Shown here: in pieces, positions 37,990-50,368 of the stretch
How positions within the stretch are numbered: position 1 is the first letter of the stretch
How the letters are laid out: every line of letters starts with the position of its first letter
Assembly: GCA_964016885.1 (NCBI GenBank)
Contig: OZ024754.1
Location: forward strand, 39,866,001 to 39,930,000
DNA length: 64,000 nucleotides
Reading direction: 5' to 3'
From: Eledone cirrhosa
Lineage: Eukaryota
Translations under genes and position numbers: made by a program
Notes under the pieces: generated by a model
What the model saw: only the letters and a program-made list of their open reading frames with translations
Database searches by the model: none
What the model was told of the DNA's origin: nothing

Positions 37990-39826
37990 TGTGAGAGGGT
38001 TTTATTTGTCACCAGAGGGTTTTATTTGACACCAGAGGGTTTTATTTGACACGAGAGGGTTTTATTTGACACAAGAGGGTTTTATTTGACACGAGAGGGT
38101 TTGATTTGGCACAAAAGGGTTTTATTTGACACGAGAGGGTTTTATTTGACACTAGAGGGTTTTATTTGACACGAGAGGGTTTTATTTGACACAAGAGGGT
38201 TTTATTTGACACGAGAGGGTTTTATTTGACACGAGAGGGTTTGATTTGGCACAAGAGGGTTTTATTTGACACGAGAGGGTTTTATTTGACACAAGAGGGT
38301 TTTATTTGACACGAGAGGGTTTGATTTGGCACAAGAGGGTTTTATTTGACACGAGAGGGTTTTATTTGACACAAGAGGGTTTTATTTGACACAAGAGGGT
38401 TTTATTTGACACGAGAGGGTTTTATTTGACACAAGAGGATTTTATTTGACACAAGAGGGTTTTATTTGACACGAGAGGGTTTTATTTGACACGAGAGGGT
38501 TTGATTTGGCACAAGAGGGTTTTATTTGACACGAGAGGGTTTTATTTGACACAAGAGGGTTTTATTTGATACGAGAGGGTTTTATTTGACACGAGAGGGT
38601 TTTATTTGACACAAGAGGATTTTATTTGACACAAGAGGGTTTTATTTGACACAAGAGGGTTTTATTGGTCACCAGAGGGTTTTATTTGACACGAGAGGGT
38701 TTGATTTGGCACGAGAGGGTTTTATTTGACACGAGAGGGTTTTATTTGACACAAGAGGGTTTTATTTGACACGAGAAGGTTTTATTTGACACAAGAGGGT
38801 TTTATTTGACACAAGAGGGTTTTATTGATCACCAGAGGGTTTTATTTGACATGAGAGGATTTTATTGGTCACCAGAGGGTTTTATTTGACACGAGAGGGT
38901 TTTATTTGACACAAGAGGGTTTTATTTGACACAAGAGGGTTTTATTTGACACGAGAGGGTTTTATTGGCCACCAGAGGGTTTTATTTGACACGAGAGGAT
39001 TTTATTTGACACGAGAGGGTTTTATTTGACACGAGAGGATTTTATTTGACACCAGAGGGTTTTATTTGACACAAGAGGGTTTTATTTGACACAAGAGGGT
39101 TTTATTGGTCTCCAGAGGGTTTTATTTGACACGAGAGGGTTTTATTTGACACAAGAGGATTTTATTTGACACAAGTGGGTTTTATTGATCACCAGAGGGT
39201 TTTATTTGACATGAGAGGGTTTTATTGGTCACCAGAGGGTTTTATTTGACACGAGAGGGTTTTATTTGACACAAGAGGGTTTTATTTTTTGACACGAGAG
39301 GGTTTTATTTGACACAAGAGGGTTTTATTTGTCATGAGAGGGTTTTATTTGACACCAGAGGGTTTTATTTGACACAAGAAGGTTTTATTTGACACAAGAG
39401 AGTTTTATTTTTTGACACAAGAGGGTTTTATTTGACACAAGAGGGTTTTATTTGTCATGAGAGGGTTTTATTTGACATGAGAGGGTTTTATTTGACACAA
39501 GAGGGTTTTATTTTTTGACACAAGAGGGTTTTATTTGACACGAGGGGATTTTATTTGTCATGAGAGGGTTTTATTTGACATGAGAGGGTTTTATTTGACA
39601 CAAGAGGGTTTTATTTTTTGACACAAGAGGGTTTTATTTGACACGAGAGGATTTTATTTGTCATGAGAGGGTTTTATTTGACATGAGAGGGCTTTATTTG
39701 ACACAAGAGGGTTTTATTTTTTGATACGAGAGGGTTTTATTTGACACAAGAGGGTTTTATTTGTCATGAGAGGGTTTTATTTGACACAAGAGGGTTTTAT
39801 TGGTCACTAGAGGGTTTTATTTGACA
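37990..39826. repeat. 20-bp minisatellite, ~90 copies
   Basis: Unit gagggttttatttgacac(g/a)a. The array ends ~110 bp upstream of the CIPC exon acceptor. Confidence 0.98.
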
Positions 39827-39979
39827 CTGTAAATGTTTTTAGCTATGTTCATGTCACAGTTATCTCAGTAGCCGTGTGAGAATGCCAGACATGTGTTTCA
39901 GGATTTTTATCTATGTTTTGTATGTTATCTTACAGATGTGGTTACAGTAGGTGTGTGGAATTCAAAATGATGAGACAAT

Positions 39980-40100
39980 ATGGAAATTAACTTACCAATC
40001 TTTAAGAAACCAAAGATAGAAGATAATGGGGAAACAATTTCCAGCAGCGAAGCAACAGTGTCGGACCAGCCCAAAAAATATGTGACCCAAGTATTCCTAA
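39980..40100 (+). CDS. CIPC: CIPC-like protein, first coding exon
   Basis: Acceptor cttacag| at 39935. In-frame TGA TGA lies just upstream of ATG 39980. Encodes MEINLPIFKKPKIEDNGETISSSEATVSDQPKKYVTQVFL (KKPK is NLS-like). Donor A|gtaagt, phase 1. Confidence 0.75.
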
Positions 40101-40599
40101 GTAAGTTTGTTAGTTGTTGTCGACATTCTTCTTATAATAATGGTTTCTTATATAGGCACAAGGCCAGCAATTTTTGGGGAGGGGCAAGTCGATTAAATCG
40201 ACCCCAGTGCATGACTGGTACTTTATTTTATCGACCCCAGTGCATGACTGGTACTTTATTTTATCAACCCCATTAGCATGAAAGGCAAAGTTAACCTCAG
40301 ATCATAAAGGGTCGTAACTCTATGCTACAAAGCATGGCTGCCGCCCCTCTATCGATACTGCCAATCCACCGCCCAATAATGATAATAATTATAATGAAAT
40401 TATTGTGTACAGTGCTCAGGTGCACTACACCTCATCAAAGGTGCATGTATAGTACATAGAATAAAGTAGAAATGTCAGGAAAGTGAACAGTGTATACATG
40501 TGTGCGTGTGTGTGGTTAGACATCTCTAAATGTTTGAGGTTTTAATTTTTCCAACATTTATACACAGAGAACAAAAGGCAAACCTGTAGTAGTTGTTCT

Positions 40600-41290
40600 T
40601 GCTGTTGTTGTTGTGGTGCTGCTGCTGCTGCTAGTGTTGTTGTTGTAGTTGTGTTGGTGTGTTGGTGGTGTGTTAGTGTTGATGATGCTGGTGGTGCTGG
40701 TGTGTTGATACTGTTAGTGATGGAGGTGGTGGTGGTGGTAGTGATGGTGGTGATGGTGGTGGTAGTCATGGTGGTGGTTGTGGTGGTAGTCATGGTGATG
40801 GTAGTGGTGGTGGTGGTGGTGATGGTGGTGGTAGTGATGATGGTGGTGGTGATGGTGGTGGTAGTGGTGGTGGTGGTAATGGTGGCAGTAGTGACGGTGA
40901 TGGCAATAGTGGTTGTTGTTGTGGTAGTGGTGGCAGTAGTGATGTTGATGGTAGTTATGGTGGTGATGGTGGTAGTGGTAGTAGTGATGGTGGTAGTAGT
41001 AGTGATGGTGGTGATGATGGTAGCACTAGTAGTGATGGTGGTAGTGATGGTAGTAGTGATGGTGGTAAAGGTAGTTATGGTGGTAGTGATGGTGGTAGTG
41101 ATGGTGGTAGTGGTGGCAGTAGTGGTAGTAGTGATGGTGGTAGTGGTGGCAGTAGTGGTAGTAGTGATAGTGGTAGAGATGGTGGTAGTGGTGGCAGTAG
41201 TGGTAGTAGTGATGGTGGTAGTGGTGGCAGTAGTGGTAGTAGTGATGGTGGTAGTGGTGGCAGTAGTGGTAGTAGTGATGGTAGTAGTAG
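40600..41290. repeat. (GGT/GAT/AGT)n trinucleotide low-complexity tract
   Basis: Source of the poly-V/M ORF. Confidence 0.95.
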
Positions 41291-41324
41291 CGATACACAG
41301 TTAACCAAAACTATAATAATATAA

Positions 41325-42131
41325 ACATAACAGCAATGCTGCATGGCAGTGAGACCTGGGCATTGTGTGCAGAGGATATACGCAGACTAGAGAGGAACGA
41401 AGCTTGCATGCTCCGCTGGATGTGTAGCAGTAATATACGTGAACGGCAAAGCATAAACGAACTAAGGAAAAAATTAGAGATAAGAGGGATCAGATGTTGT
41501 TTACTCGAGAGAAGGCTACGTTGGTATGGACACGTGATGCGCATGAAAGTCGATAGCTGTATAACAAAGTGCAGGGCAATAAAGATAGACGGTAGTCACG
41601 GAATAGGCAGACCTAGAAAAACCTGGGACGAGCTGATAAACTCCGACATCACACACTTACACCTCTCCAAGACAATGTCACTGGACCGAGACCTTTGGCG
41701 GTACTCAGTAACAGAGAAGACCCGCCTTACCTAAATATATAGTAAAACCTACTCCAGCCAGTAGGCATCTCTAACAAAATACACCCCGTCCCACCACCAC
41801 CACCCCCACCCCATCCACACCACCCCGTTCTATGTAAAGTTATGTTGGTGCCGCGCCATCGAGGCCGAAACAAATGAGATCGTGTAGGTGTCACGACAAA
41901 AAAACACACAGTCCACGCTGTAATGTGGCCGTGTAGGCAACACGGTAAAAACCTCCCAGACCCACACTGTAAATGTGGTTGGTGTTAGGAAGGGCATCCA
42001 ACTGTAGAAAACCTGCCAGACAGTCCTATGCGAGCAAGACAATCACTCTTGCCTCAAGTGGGACTACCCCCATCCAAACCCATGCAAGCGTGGAACACGG
42101 ACGTTAAACGTTGATGATGATGATGATGATC
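41325..42131 (+). mobile_element. 5'-truncated RTE-clade LINE (ORF C-terminus, 3'UTR, (GAT)n tail)
   Basis: MLHGSETWAL...MLRWMC...RRLRWYGHVMR...GRPRKTW...DRDLWR. The 3'UTR ends cggacgttaaacgttgatgatgat. Confidence 0.92.
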
Positions 42132-42147
42132 TTATTGTTTTTTGTAG

Positions 42148-42267
42148 TTCCTCCAGTAAATCAGTTTAAGTCACACAAAACTCGACGAACCCGCTTAAAA
42201 TACAGCCTCGGTCATGACCGACCCTCTGGTCCTCGGGTCACTGGTAGCTCACAGCCTCCATATGCTG
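42148..42267 (+). CDS. CIPC: CIPC-like coding exon 2
   Basis: tttttgtag|TT CCT...GCT G|gtaggt, 120 bp, phase 1 to 1. Open frame IPPVNQFKSHKTRRTRLKYSLGHDRPSGPRVTGSSQPPYA. Unique island between repeats. Confidence 0.75.
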
Positions 42268-42344
42268 GTAGGTAATTGGTCTCTTACTACTTTTAAAATT
42301 TATGACATCAATCTGTTTTGAAGGTTTCATGAAAGGCAGAGTAA

Positions 42345-43312
42345 CTACACTTACAACATCCTATACTTACAACATCCTACACTTACAACACACTACTCGT
42401 GCAACAACTACTCTTGCAATACACTATACTTGCCACACACTATACTTGCAACACACTACACTTACAACATCCTACACTTACAACATTCTACACTTACAAC
42501 ACACTACTCGTGCAACAACTACTCTTGCAATACACTATACTTGCCACACACTATGCTTGCAACACACTACACTTACAGCATACTACACTTACAACATTCT
42601 ACACTTACAACATTCTACACTTACAACACACTACTCGTGCAACAACTACTCTTGCAATACACTATACTTGCAACACACTACACTTACAACATCCTACACT
42701 TACAACATTCTACACTTACAACACACTACTCGTGCAACAACTACTCTTGCAATACACTATACTTGCCACACACTATGCTTGCAACACACTACACTTACAG
42801 CATACTACACTTACAACATTCTACACTTACAACACACTACTCGTGCAACAACTACTCTTGCAATACACTATACTTGCCACACACTATGCTTGCAACACAC
42901 TACACTTACAGCATACTACACTTACAACATTCTACACTTACAACACACTACTCGTGCAACAACTACTCTTGCAATACACTATACTTGCAACACACTATGC
43001 TTGCAACACACTACACTTACAGCATACTACACTTACAACATTCTACACTTACAACACACTACTCTTGCAACATCCTACACTTGCACCACACTACACTTAC
43101 AACATTCTACACTTACAACACACTACTCGTGCAACAACTACTCTTGCAATACACTATACTTGCAACACACTATGCTTGCATCACACTACACTTACACCAG
43201 ACTACACTTATAACATTCTACACTTACAATACACTATTCTTGCAACATCCTACACTTGCACCACACTACACTTATGACATTCTACACTTACAACATTCAA
43301 CACACTACACTT
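42345..43312. repeat. CA-rich composite minisatellite
   Basis: Modules tacacttacaacattc / cactactcgtgcaacaactactcttgcaatacactatacttg. Confidence 0.95.
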
Positions 43313-43379
43313 GAAAATAAAAAATATATATATTCTCTCATGTATAAGTCATACATGGAAAATAATGGTACATACATAC

Positions 43380-43482
<103 letters not shown>

Positions 43483-43522
43483 TTGCGAATAAATATCGTC
43501 AGCACCCTGTATATATATATAT

Positions 43523-43660
43523 ATATAAGGAAAAAAGATGAAATCGAAAATGCAAATGGAGTCTTTTTTAAAAAAACATTTTCGATTTCATCTTTTTTCC
43601 TTATACTTTCACTTGTGTAGGACATCGTTTTTTTCATTTTGTAAAAAAACCTCACTTTTT
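43523..43660 (+). mobile_element. Fold-back copy of the 23490 family
   Basis: tataaggaaaaaagatgaaatcgaaaatg ... cattttcgatttcatcttttttccttata, followed by a tail matching the reverse complement of 23495-23555. Begins at (TA)n. Confidence 0.65.
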
Positions 43661-43949
43661 TTTATTTATTTATTTTTTTATTTATTTTTAAAATTATTTT
43701 TTAATTATTTAAAATTATTTTTAATTATTATTATAATTTTTTAATATATACTTTTTTTAATATATATTTTTTTAATATATATATTTTTTTAATATCTTTT
43801 TAATTTTTTAAAATTATTTTTTAATTTTTAATTTTTTAATTTTTTAATTATTGTTTAATTAATTATTATTTTTTATTTTTTATTATTTTTATTTTTTATT
43901 TGTTATTATTTTTATTTTTTTATTTATTTTTTAATTATTTTTTAGTATT

Positions 43950-44352
43950 TCTTTTTTCTTTATCGCCTTGACTGATTCCTTCACATGAATCTATCTTTTG
44001 TGTGATTACTTCAGTTTATTTTCCTTACTCTGACTAACAACCTTATTATGTATCATCTCCATTCTCACTATTATCCTATGATCCCGTACCATATATCTAT
44101 TGTTCTTATGATGTAGGTCGGTAGAGCTTATCTTCATTATTGTATTTTTGTTTTCAACGCTCTGATGAGTCCTGCCCCATGGTATGGATGAAACACTGTC
44201 AGCGAATAAAAATTGATTGATGTTATAAGCGCTCTTTGTTTTCTCTTACTATAACGGCTCTGTTTTCGTACATTGAGCTAACAAGATACTGTCACAAGTG
44301 ATACACAGTACGGGTGTGGTTTTTTTACACATACGTTCTGATATCTAAGCAT
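43950..44352 (+). mobile_element. Penelope-like 3' terminal repeat carrying the 44158 hammerhead
   Basis: Pyrimidine-rich leader, hammerhead, AATAAA and a ~140-bp tail ending at (TA)n. Confidence 0.6.
44158..44204 (+). ncRNA. Type I hammerhead ribozyme (Penelope pLTR-type, short stem III)
   Basis: CGCU-CUGAUGA-GUCCUGCC(ccau)GGUA(u)GGAU-GAAAC-acu-GUC-AGCG. Stem I is CGCU/AGCG, the core is intact, the cleavage triplet is GUC (cut after 44200), and AAUAAA follows directly. Confidence 0.85.
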
Positions 44353-44399
44353 AATATATATATATATGTGTACTAAAGTTTCATTGGGTTCTGGCCCCC

Positions 44400-44449
<50 letters not shown>

Positions 44450-44537
44450 GTACATGTATATATATATATATATGTACATGTATATATATATATATGTATA
44501 TGTATATATATATATATGTATATATATGTATATATAT

Positions 44538-44615
<78 letters not shown>

Positions 44616-44645
44616 GTATATGTATATATATATATGTATATGTAT

Positions 44646-44703
<58 letters not shown>

Positions 44704-44834
44704 GTATATATGTATATGTATATATATATATATGTATATATGTATATGTATATATATATATTATGTATATGTATATATATATATATTGTATATATATATG
44801 TATATATATATGTATATATATATATATGTATATA

Positions 44835-44867
<33 letters not shown>

Positions 44868-44871
<4 letters not shown>

Positions 44872-44985
44872 CAGAATGGATTCAGTAAAAACGAGTTAGA
44901 CCATTATTCGCCTGAGTACTCGATACTCAGATCTAACTTTTGAAACGGCAGGAGCTCAGCCGTTTGGGTCCCGATTTTTTCATTT
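44868..44985 (+). mobile_element. Diverged member of the 35212 family with an inverted 5' segment
   Basis: gaaacggcaggagctcagccgtttgggtcc, preceded by an inverted gaccattattcgcctgagtactcgatactcag. Starts at a (TA)n array. Confidence 0.55.
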
Positions 44986-45194
44986 ATATATGCCTTGCTT
45001 TGATTTATGTATACGTATATAAGCTTGTTTCGTTTTTTTTTTTACTGGCTGTCTGCATTCGTTTTTCAAGGGAGAGAACTTGCTAGAAGCACTAACCTCT
45101 TAGCATAAAAAGACCATAATAGTTTTGTTGTTTTTTGCTGAACATTTATTAAGATTTCTGTTTTGACTTAAATACTTGAATATTTGGTGGCATC

Positions 45195-48120
45195 AGTGGT
45201 GGTGGTGGTGGTAGTGGTGGTGGTGTTAGTGGCAGTGGTGGTGGTGTTAGTGGCAGTGGTGTTAGTGGTAGTGGTGGTGGTGTTAGTGGTAGTGTGGTGG
45301 TGTTAGTGGCAGTGGTGGTGGTGTTAGTGGTAGTGTGGTGGTGGTGGTAGTGGTGGTGGTGTTAGTGCAGTGGTGGTGGTGTTAGTGGCAGTGGTAGTGG
45401 TGTTAGTGGTAGTGGTGGTGGTGTTAGTGGTAGTGTGGTGGTGGTGGTAGTGGTGGTGGTGTTAGTGGCAGTGGTGGTGGTGTTAGTGGTAGTGGTGGTG
45501 GTGTTAGTGGCAGTGGTAGTGGTGTTAGTGGTAGTGGTGGTGGTGTTAGTGGTAGTGGTGGTGGTGTTAGTGGTAGTGTGGTGGTGTTAGTGGCAGTGGT
45601 AGTGGTGTTAGTGGTAGTGGTGGTGGTGTTAGTGGCAGTGATGGTGGTGTTAGTGGCAGTGGTGGTGGTGTTAGTGGTAGTGGTGGTGGTGTTAGTGGCA
45701 GTGGTGGTGGTGTTAGTGGCAGTGGTAGTGGTGTTAGTGGTAGTGGTGGTGGTGTTAGTGGTAGTGTGGTGGTGTTAGTGGCAGTGGTGGTGGTGTTAGT
45801 GGCAGTGGTAGTGGTGGTGGTGTTAGTGGTAGTGTGGTGGTGTTAGTGGTAGTGTGGTGGTGTTGAGTGGTAGTGTGGTGGTGTTAGTGGCAGTGGTGGT
45901 GGTGTTAGTGGCAGTGGTAGTGGTGGTGGTGTTAGTGGTAGTGGTGGTGGTGTTAGTGGTAGTGTGGTGGTGTTAGTGGTAGTGTGGTGGTGTTAGTGGT
46001 AGTGTGGTGGTGTTAGTGGCAGTGGTGGTGGTGTTAGTGGCAGTGGTAGTGGTGGTGGTGTTAGTGGTAGTGTGGTGGTGTTAGTGGTAGTGTGGTGGTG
46101 TTAGTGGTAGTGTGGTGGTGTTAGTGGTAGTGTGGTGGTGTTAGTGGCAGTGGTGGTGGTGTTAGTGGTAGTGGTGGTGGTGTTAGTGGCAGTGGTAGTG
46201 GTGTTAGTGGTAGTGGTGGTGGTGTTAGTGGCAGTGGTAGTGGTGTTAGTGGTAGTGGTGGTGGTGTTAGTGGTAGTGTGGTGGTGTTAGTGGCAGTGGT
46301 GGTGGTGTTAGTGGCAGTGGTAGTGGTGGTGGTGTTAGTGGTAGTGGTGGTGGTGTTAGTGGCAGTGGTAGTGGTGTTAGTGGTAGTGGTGGTGGTGTTA
46401 GTGGTAGTGTGGTGGTGTTAGTGGCAGTGGTGGTGGTGTTAGTGGCAGTGGTAGTGGTGGTGGTGTTAGTGGTAGTGGTGGTGGTGTTAGTGGTAGTGGT
46501 GGTGGTGTTAGTGGTAGTGGTGGTGGTGTTAGTGGCAGTGGTAGTGGTGTTAGTGGTAGTGGTGGTGGTGTTAGTGGCAGTGGTGGTGGTGTTAGTGGTA
46601 GTGGTGGTGGTGTTAGTGGCAGTGGTAGTGGTGTTAGTGGTAGTGGTGGTGGTGTTAGTGGCAGTGGGTAGTGGTGTTAGTGGTAGTGGTGGTGGTGTTA
46701 GTGGCAAGTGGTGGTGGTGTTAGTGGCAGTGGTGGTGGTGTTAGTGGCAGTGGTAGTGGTGGGGTGTTAGTGGTAGTGGTGGTGGTGTTAGTGGCAGTGG
46801 TAGTGGTGTTAGTGGTAGTGGTGTGGTGTTAGTGGTAGTGTGGTGGTGTTAGTGGCAGTGGTGGTGGTGTTAGTGGCAGTGGTAGTGGTGGTGGTGTAGT
46901 GGTAGTGGTGGTGGTGTTAGTGGTAGTGTGGTGGTGTTAGTGGTAGTGGTGGTGGTGTTAGTGGCAGTGGTAGTGGTGTTAGTGGTAGTGGTGTGGTGTT
47001 AGTGGAGTGGTGGTGGTGTTAGTGGTAGTGGTGGTGGTGTTAGTGGCAGTGGTTGTGGTGTTAGTGGTAGTGTGGTGGTGTTAGTGGCAGTGGTAGTGGT
47101 GTTAGTGGTAGTGGTGGTGGTGTTAGTGGTAGTGTGGTGGTGTTAGTGGCAGTGGTGGTGGTGTTAGTGGCAGTGGTAGTGGTGGTGGTGTTAGTGGTAG
47201 TGTGGTGGTGTTAGTGGTAGTGTGGTGGTGTTAGTGGTAGTGTGGTGGTGTTAGTGGCAGTGGTGGTGGTGTTAGTGGCAGTGGTAGTGGTGGTGGTGTT
47301 AGTGGTAGTGGTGGTGGTGTTAGTGGTAGTGTGGTGGTGTTAGTGGTAGTGTGGTGGTGTTAGTGGCAGTGGTGGTGGTGTTAGTGGCAGTGGTAGTGGT
47401 GGTGGTGTTAGTGGTAGTGGTGGTGGTGTTAGTGGTAGTGTGGTGGTGTTAGTGGTAGTGTGGTGGTGTTAGTGGTAGTGGTGGTGGTGTTAGTGGCAGT
47501 GATGGTGGTGTTAGTGGTAGTGGTGGTGGTGTTAGTGGCAGTGGTAGTGGTGGTGGTGTTAGTGGTAGTGTGGTGGTGTTAGTGGTAGTGTGGTGGTGTT
47601 AGTGGCAGTGGTGGTGGTGTTAGTGGTAGTGGTGGTGGTGTTAGTGGCAGTGGTAGTGGTGTTAGTGGTAGTGGTGGTGGTGTTAGTGGTAGTGTGGTGG
47701 TGTTAGTGGTAGTGTGGTGGTGTTAGTGGCAGTGGTGGTGGTGTTAGTGGCAGTGGTAGTGGTGGTGGTGTTAGTGGTAGTGTGGTGGTGTTAGTGGTAG
47801 TGTGGTGGTGTTAGTGGCAGTGGTGGTGGTGTTAGTGGTAGTGGTGGTGGTGTTAGTGGCAGTGATGGTGGTGTTAGTGGCAGTGGTGGTGGTGTTAGTG
47901 GTAGTGGTGGTGGTGTTAGTGGTGTTAGTGGTGTTAGTGGTAGTGGCAGTGGTGTTAGTGGCAGTGGTGGTGGTGTTAGTGGTGGTGGTGGTGGTGTTAG
48001 TGGCAGTGGTGGTGGTGTTAGTGGCAGTGGTGGTGGTGTTAGTGGTGTTAGTGGTGTTAGTGGTAGTGGCAGTAGTGTTAGTGGCAGTGGTGGTGGTGTT
48101 AGTAGCAGTGGCAGTGATGT
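45195..48120. repeat. ~20-21-bp GT-rich minisatellite (gtggtggtgttagtggYa)
   Basis: A 2.9-kb array and the source of the poly-V/T ORFs. Confidence 0.97.
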
Positions 48121-48199
48121 TGATGATGATGTATGTCTGTTTTTTGGTTAAATTTCTGTGAAATTTATTTAAGGTTTTGTGTGTTTTCCTCTTTGACAG

Positions 48200-48258
48200 G
48201 AAAAACAGATAATTGTGAGAAAGAAACAAAGAAACCTGAAAGTGATGGAATAATATCA
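48200..48258 (+). CDS. CIPC: CIPC-like coding exon 3
   Basis: ctttgacag|GA AAA...ATA TCA|gtaagt, 59 bp, phase 1 to 0. Encodes GKTDNCEKETKKPESDGIIS and restores the frame needed for the last exon. Confidence 0.78.
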
Positions 48259-48289
48259 GTAAGTATTGTAATATTGTAATAACACTGTG

Positions 48290-49040
48290 TGTGGCCTAGT
48301 GGTTAGGTTGTTGGACTTACATTAATAATTGTTTCTACTTTTGGCACAAGGCCAGCAATTATCCCAGTGTATTACTGGTACTTTATTTTATGGCGCATGG
48401 CTTAGTGGTTAGAGCATTGGGCTTGCAATCGAAAGGTTGTGAGTTCAATTCTTGGACCGGGTGATGTGTTGTTTCCTTGAGCAAGACACTTTATTTCACA
48501 TTGCTCCAGTTTACTCAGCTGTAGAAATGATAGGATGAAGCTGTAGGATGATAGGGACTGGGGTCCCTATCATTAAATTACCCAAGACACCTCCAACGAG
48601 ATATACCTTACAGGTGGTCAGCTAGACCTGCATAGGTGTAAGCTGTCACAAACACATTACTGGTGCTTTATTTTATCGACCCCGTAAGGATGAAAGGCAA
48701 AGTTAACCTCGGCGGGATTTGAACTCAAACCATAAAGGGGGATAACTCTTTACTGCAAAGGATGGCGATACTGCCAATCCACCGCTCCAAAGCGATAATA
48801 ATGTGGTGGGTTCGATTCCTAGACTGGGTTGGGTGTTGTGTTCTTGAGCAAAACACTTCATTTCACATTGCTCCAGTATACTGAGCTGAAAATGAGTACC
48901 AGCAATAGCTGGGGGCTAACCCTGCGATGGACTGGCGTCCTGTCCAGTGGGGAGTCTTATACTCTGTCGCTTCACGCCAAGAAAGGGGGATAAGCACTGG
49001 TCTAACGAGCCTCTTGCCTTAAGACAGACTTTAGACTTTG
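48290..49040. mobile_element. Three-level nested SINE insertion
   Basis: A plus-strand SINE (head 48290-48322, resuming at 48800) is split by a minus-strand SINE (48327-48390, resuming at 48655-48795), which is itself split by a plus-strand SINE starting at 48391. Confidence 0.7.
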
Positions 49041-49289
49041 GCTTTGTAACAATTGCAGAAGGTCAAATTTTTAATAGGAATGGTTGATCAGATACATTCA
49101 TCTGTAGTGTTTCACTTTTATATTCATCATCATCATCATCATCATCACTGTTTATCGTCCATTTTTCCATGCTAGCATGGGTTAGATGAGTTGTCCTGTT
49201 GTGAGCAATGCCAGGACAGGTGACCATGTCTTCCTCGTTCAGAACTAATTTTGGATTGATTTCTATAGGCGGATGCCCTTCCTAATGGC

Positions 49290-49580
49290 AACCACATTTA
49301 CAGTGAATACTGACACCTAGGCGACCACTTTACAGTGTGGACTGGGTACTTTTTGTTGTGACATCTACACGACCACTTTACAGTGTGGACTGGGTGCTTT
49401 TTGTTGTGACATCTACACGACCACTTTACAGTGTGGACTGGGTGCTTTCTTTTGTGACATCTACACGACCACTTTACAGTGTGGACTGGGTGCTTTTTGT
49501 TGTGACACGTACATGACCACTTTACAGTGTGGACTGGGTGCTTTTTGTTGTGACACCTACATGACCACTTTACAGTGTAG
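49290..49580. repeat. 48-bp tandem repeat, ~6 copies, inside a SINE/RTE tail
   Basis: gaccactttacagtgtggactgggtgctttttgttgtgacatctacac recurs at about 49323, 49371, 49419, 49467 and 49515. Confidence 0.9.
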
Positions 49581-49767
49581 ACTGAGGCCTTCACTGGGTA
49601 TATACTTTGGCCTGTCCTCATGGGAGGGTGGAGTGGTGCATACTGTATATATGGTTCAGTTTCAGCCTGTGCCCACAGGAAGTTGGGTCTTCTGTATTAC
49701 TGTGTAACGCCAGTATATATAGTATATATATACATATATATATATAGATCTTTGGCGCTACGCAGTA

Positions 49768-50230
49768 ATACAGAAGACCCGCCTTGTTTATGTCCAAAGC
49801 GAAGCCTACAGTCAGTAGGCACCTCTTAACCAAAAATACACCCCCATCCCACTACCCCTACCCCCACCCCATCTACACCACCCCTTTCTCTGTAAAGTTA
49901 TGTTGGTACCACAACATCCAGTCTTAAATAAATGAGGTTGTGTAGGTGCCACGACAAAAAAAAACACACAGTCCATGCTGTAATGTGGCTGTGTAGGTAA
50001 CACGGTAAAAACCTCCCAGTCCACGCTGTAATGTGGCTGTGTAGGTAACACGGTAAAAACCTCCCAGTCCACACTGTAAACGTGGTTGGTGTTAGGAAGG
50101 GCATCCAGCCGTAGAAAACCTGTCAGACAGTCTTATGCGAGCAAGACAACCAATCTTGCCTCAAGTGGGACAATTCCCGTCTAAACCCATGCTAGCGTGG
50201 AAGATAGACGTTAAACGATGATGATGATGA
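49768..50230 (+). mobile_element. RTE 3'UTR fragment, same family as 41690-42131
   Basis: Colinear similarity with 41693-42131, including the aggaagggcatcca core and the (GAT)n tail. Confidence 0.85.
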
Positions 50231-50368
50231 TATATATGTGTATATATAAAATCTAATCTTTACATGTGACTCATATTCTGACAATATTTGTTATTTTTAT
50301 TTTACTTGTTGTCATGTCAGGCCTTTAAAATCTCTCACTCTAACTCTTTCTTGTTTCTAATTCTATAG

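Noticed and set aside
45195-48120. G-quadruplex or telomeric interpretation of the GT-rich array
   Set aside because: It is built almost entirely of GG doublets with TTAGTGG rather than TTAGGG. No specific support beyond low complexity.
48391-48460. Possible tRNA gene
   Set aside because: It has A/B boxes but runs directly into a SINE body present in multiple copies, and the acceptor stem does not close. It is a SINE head.
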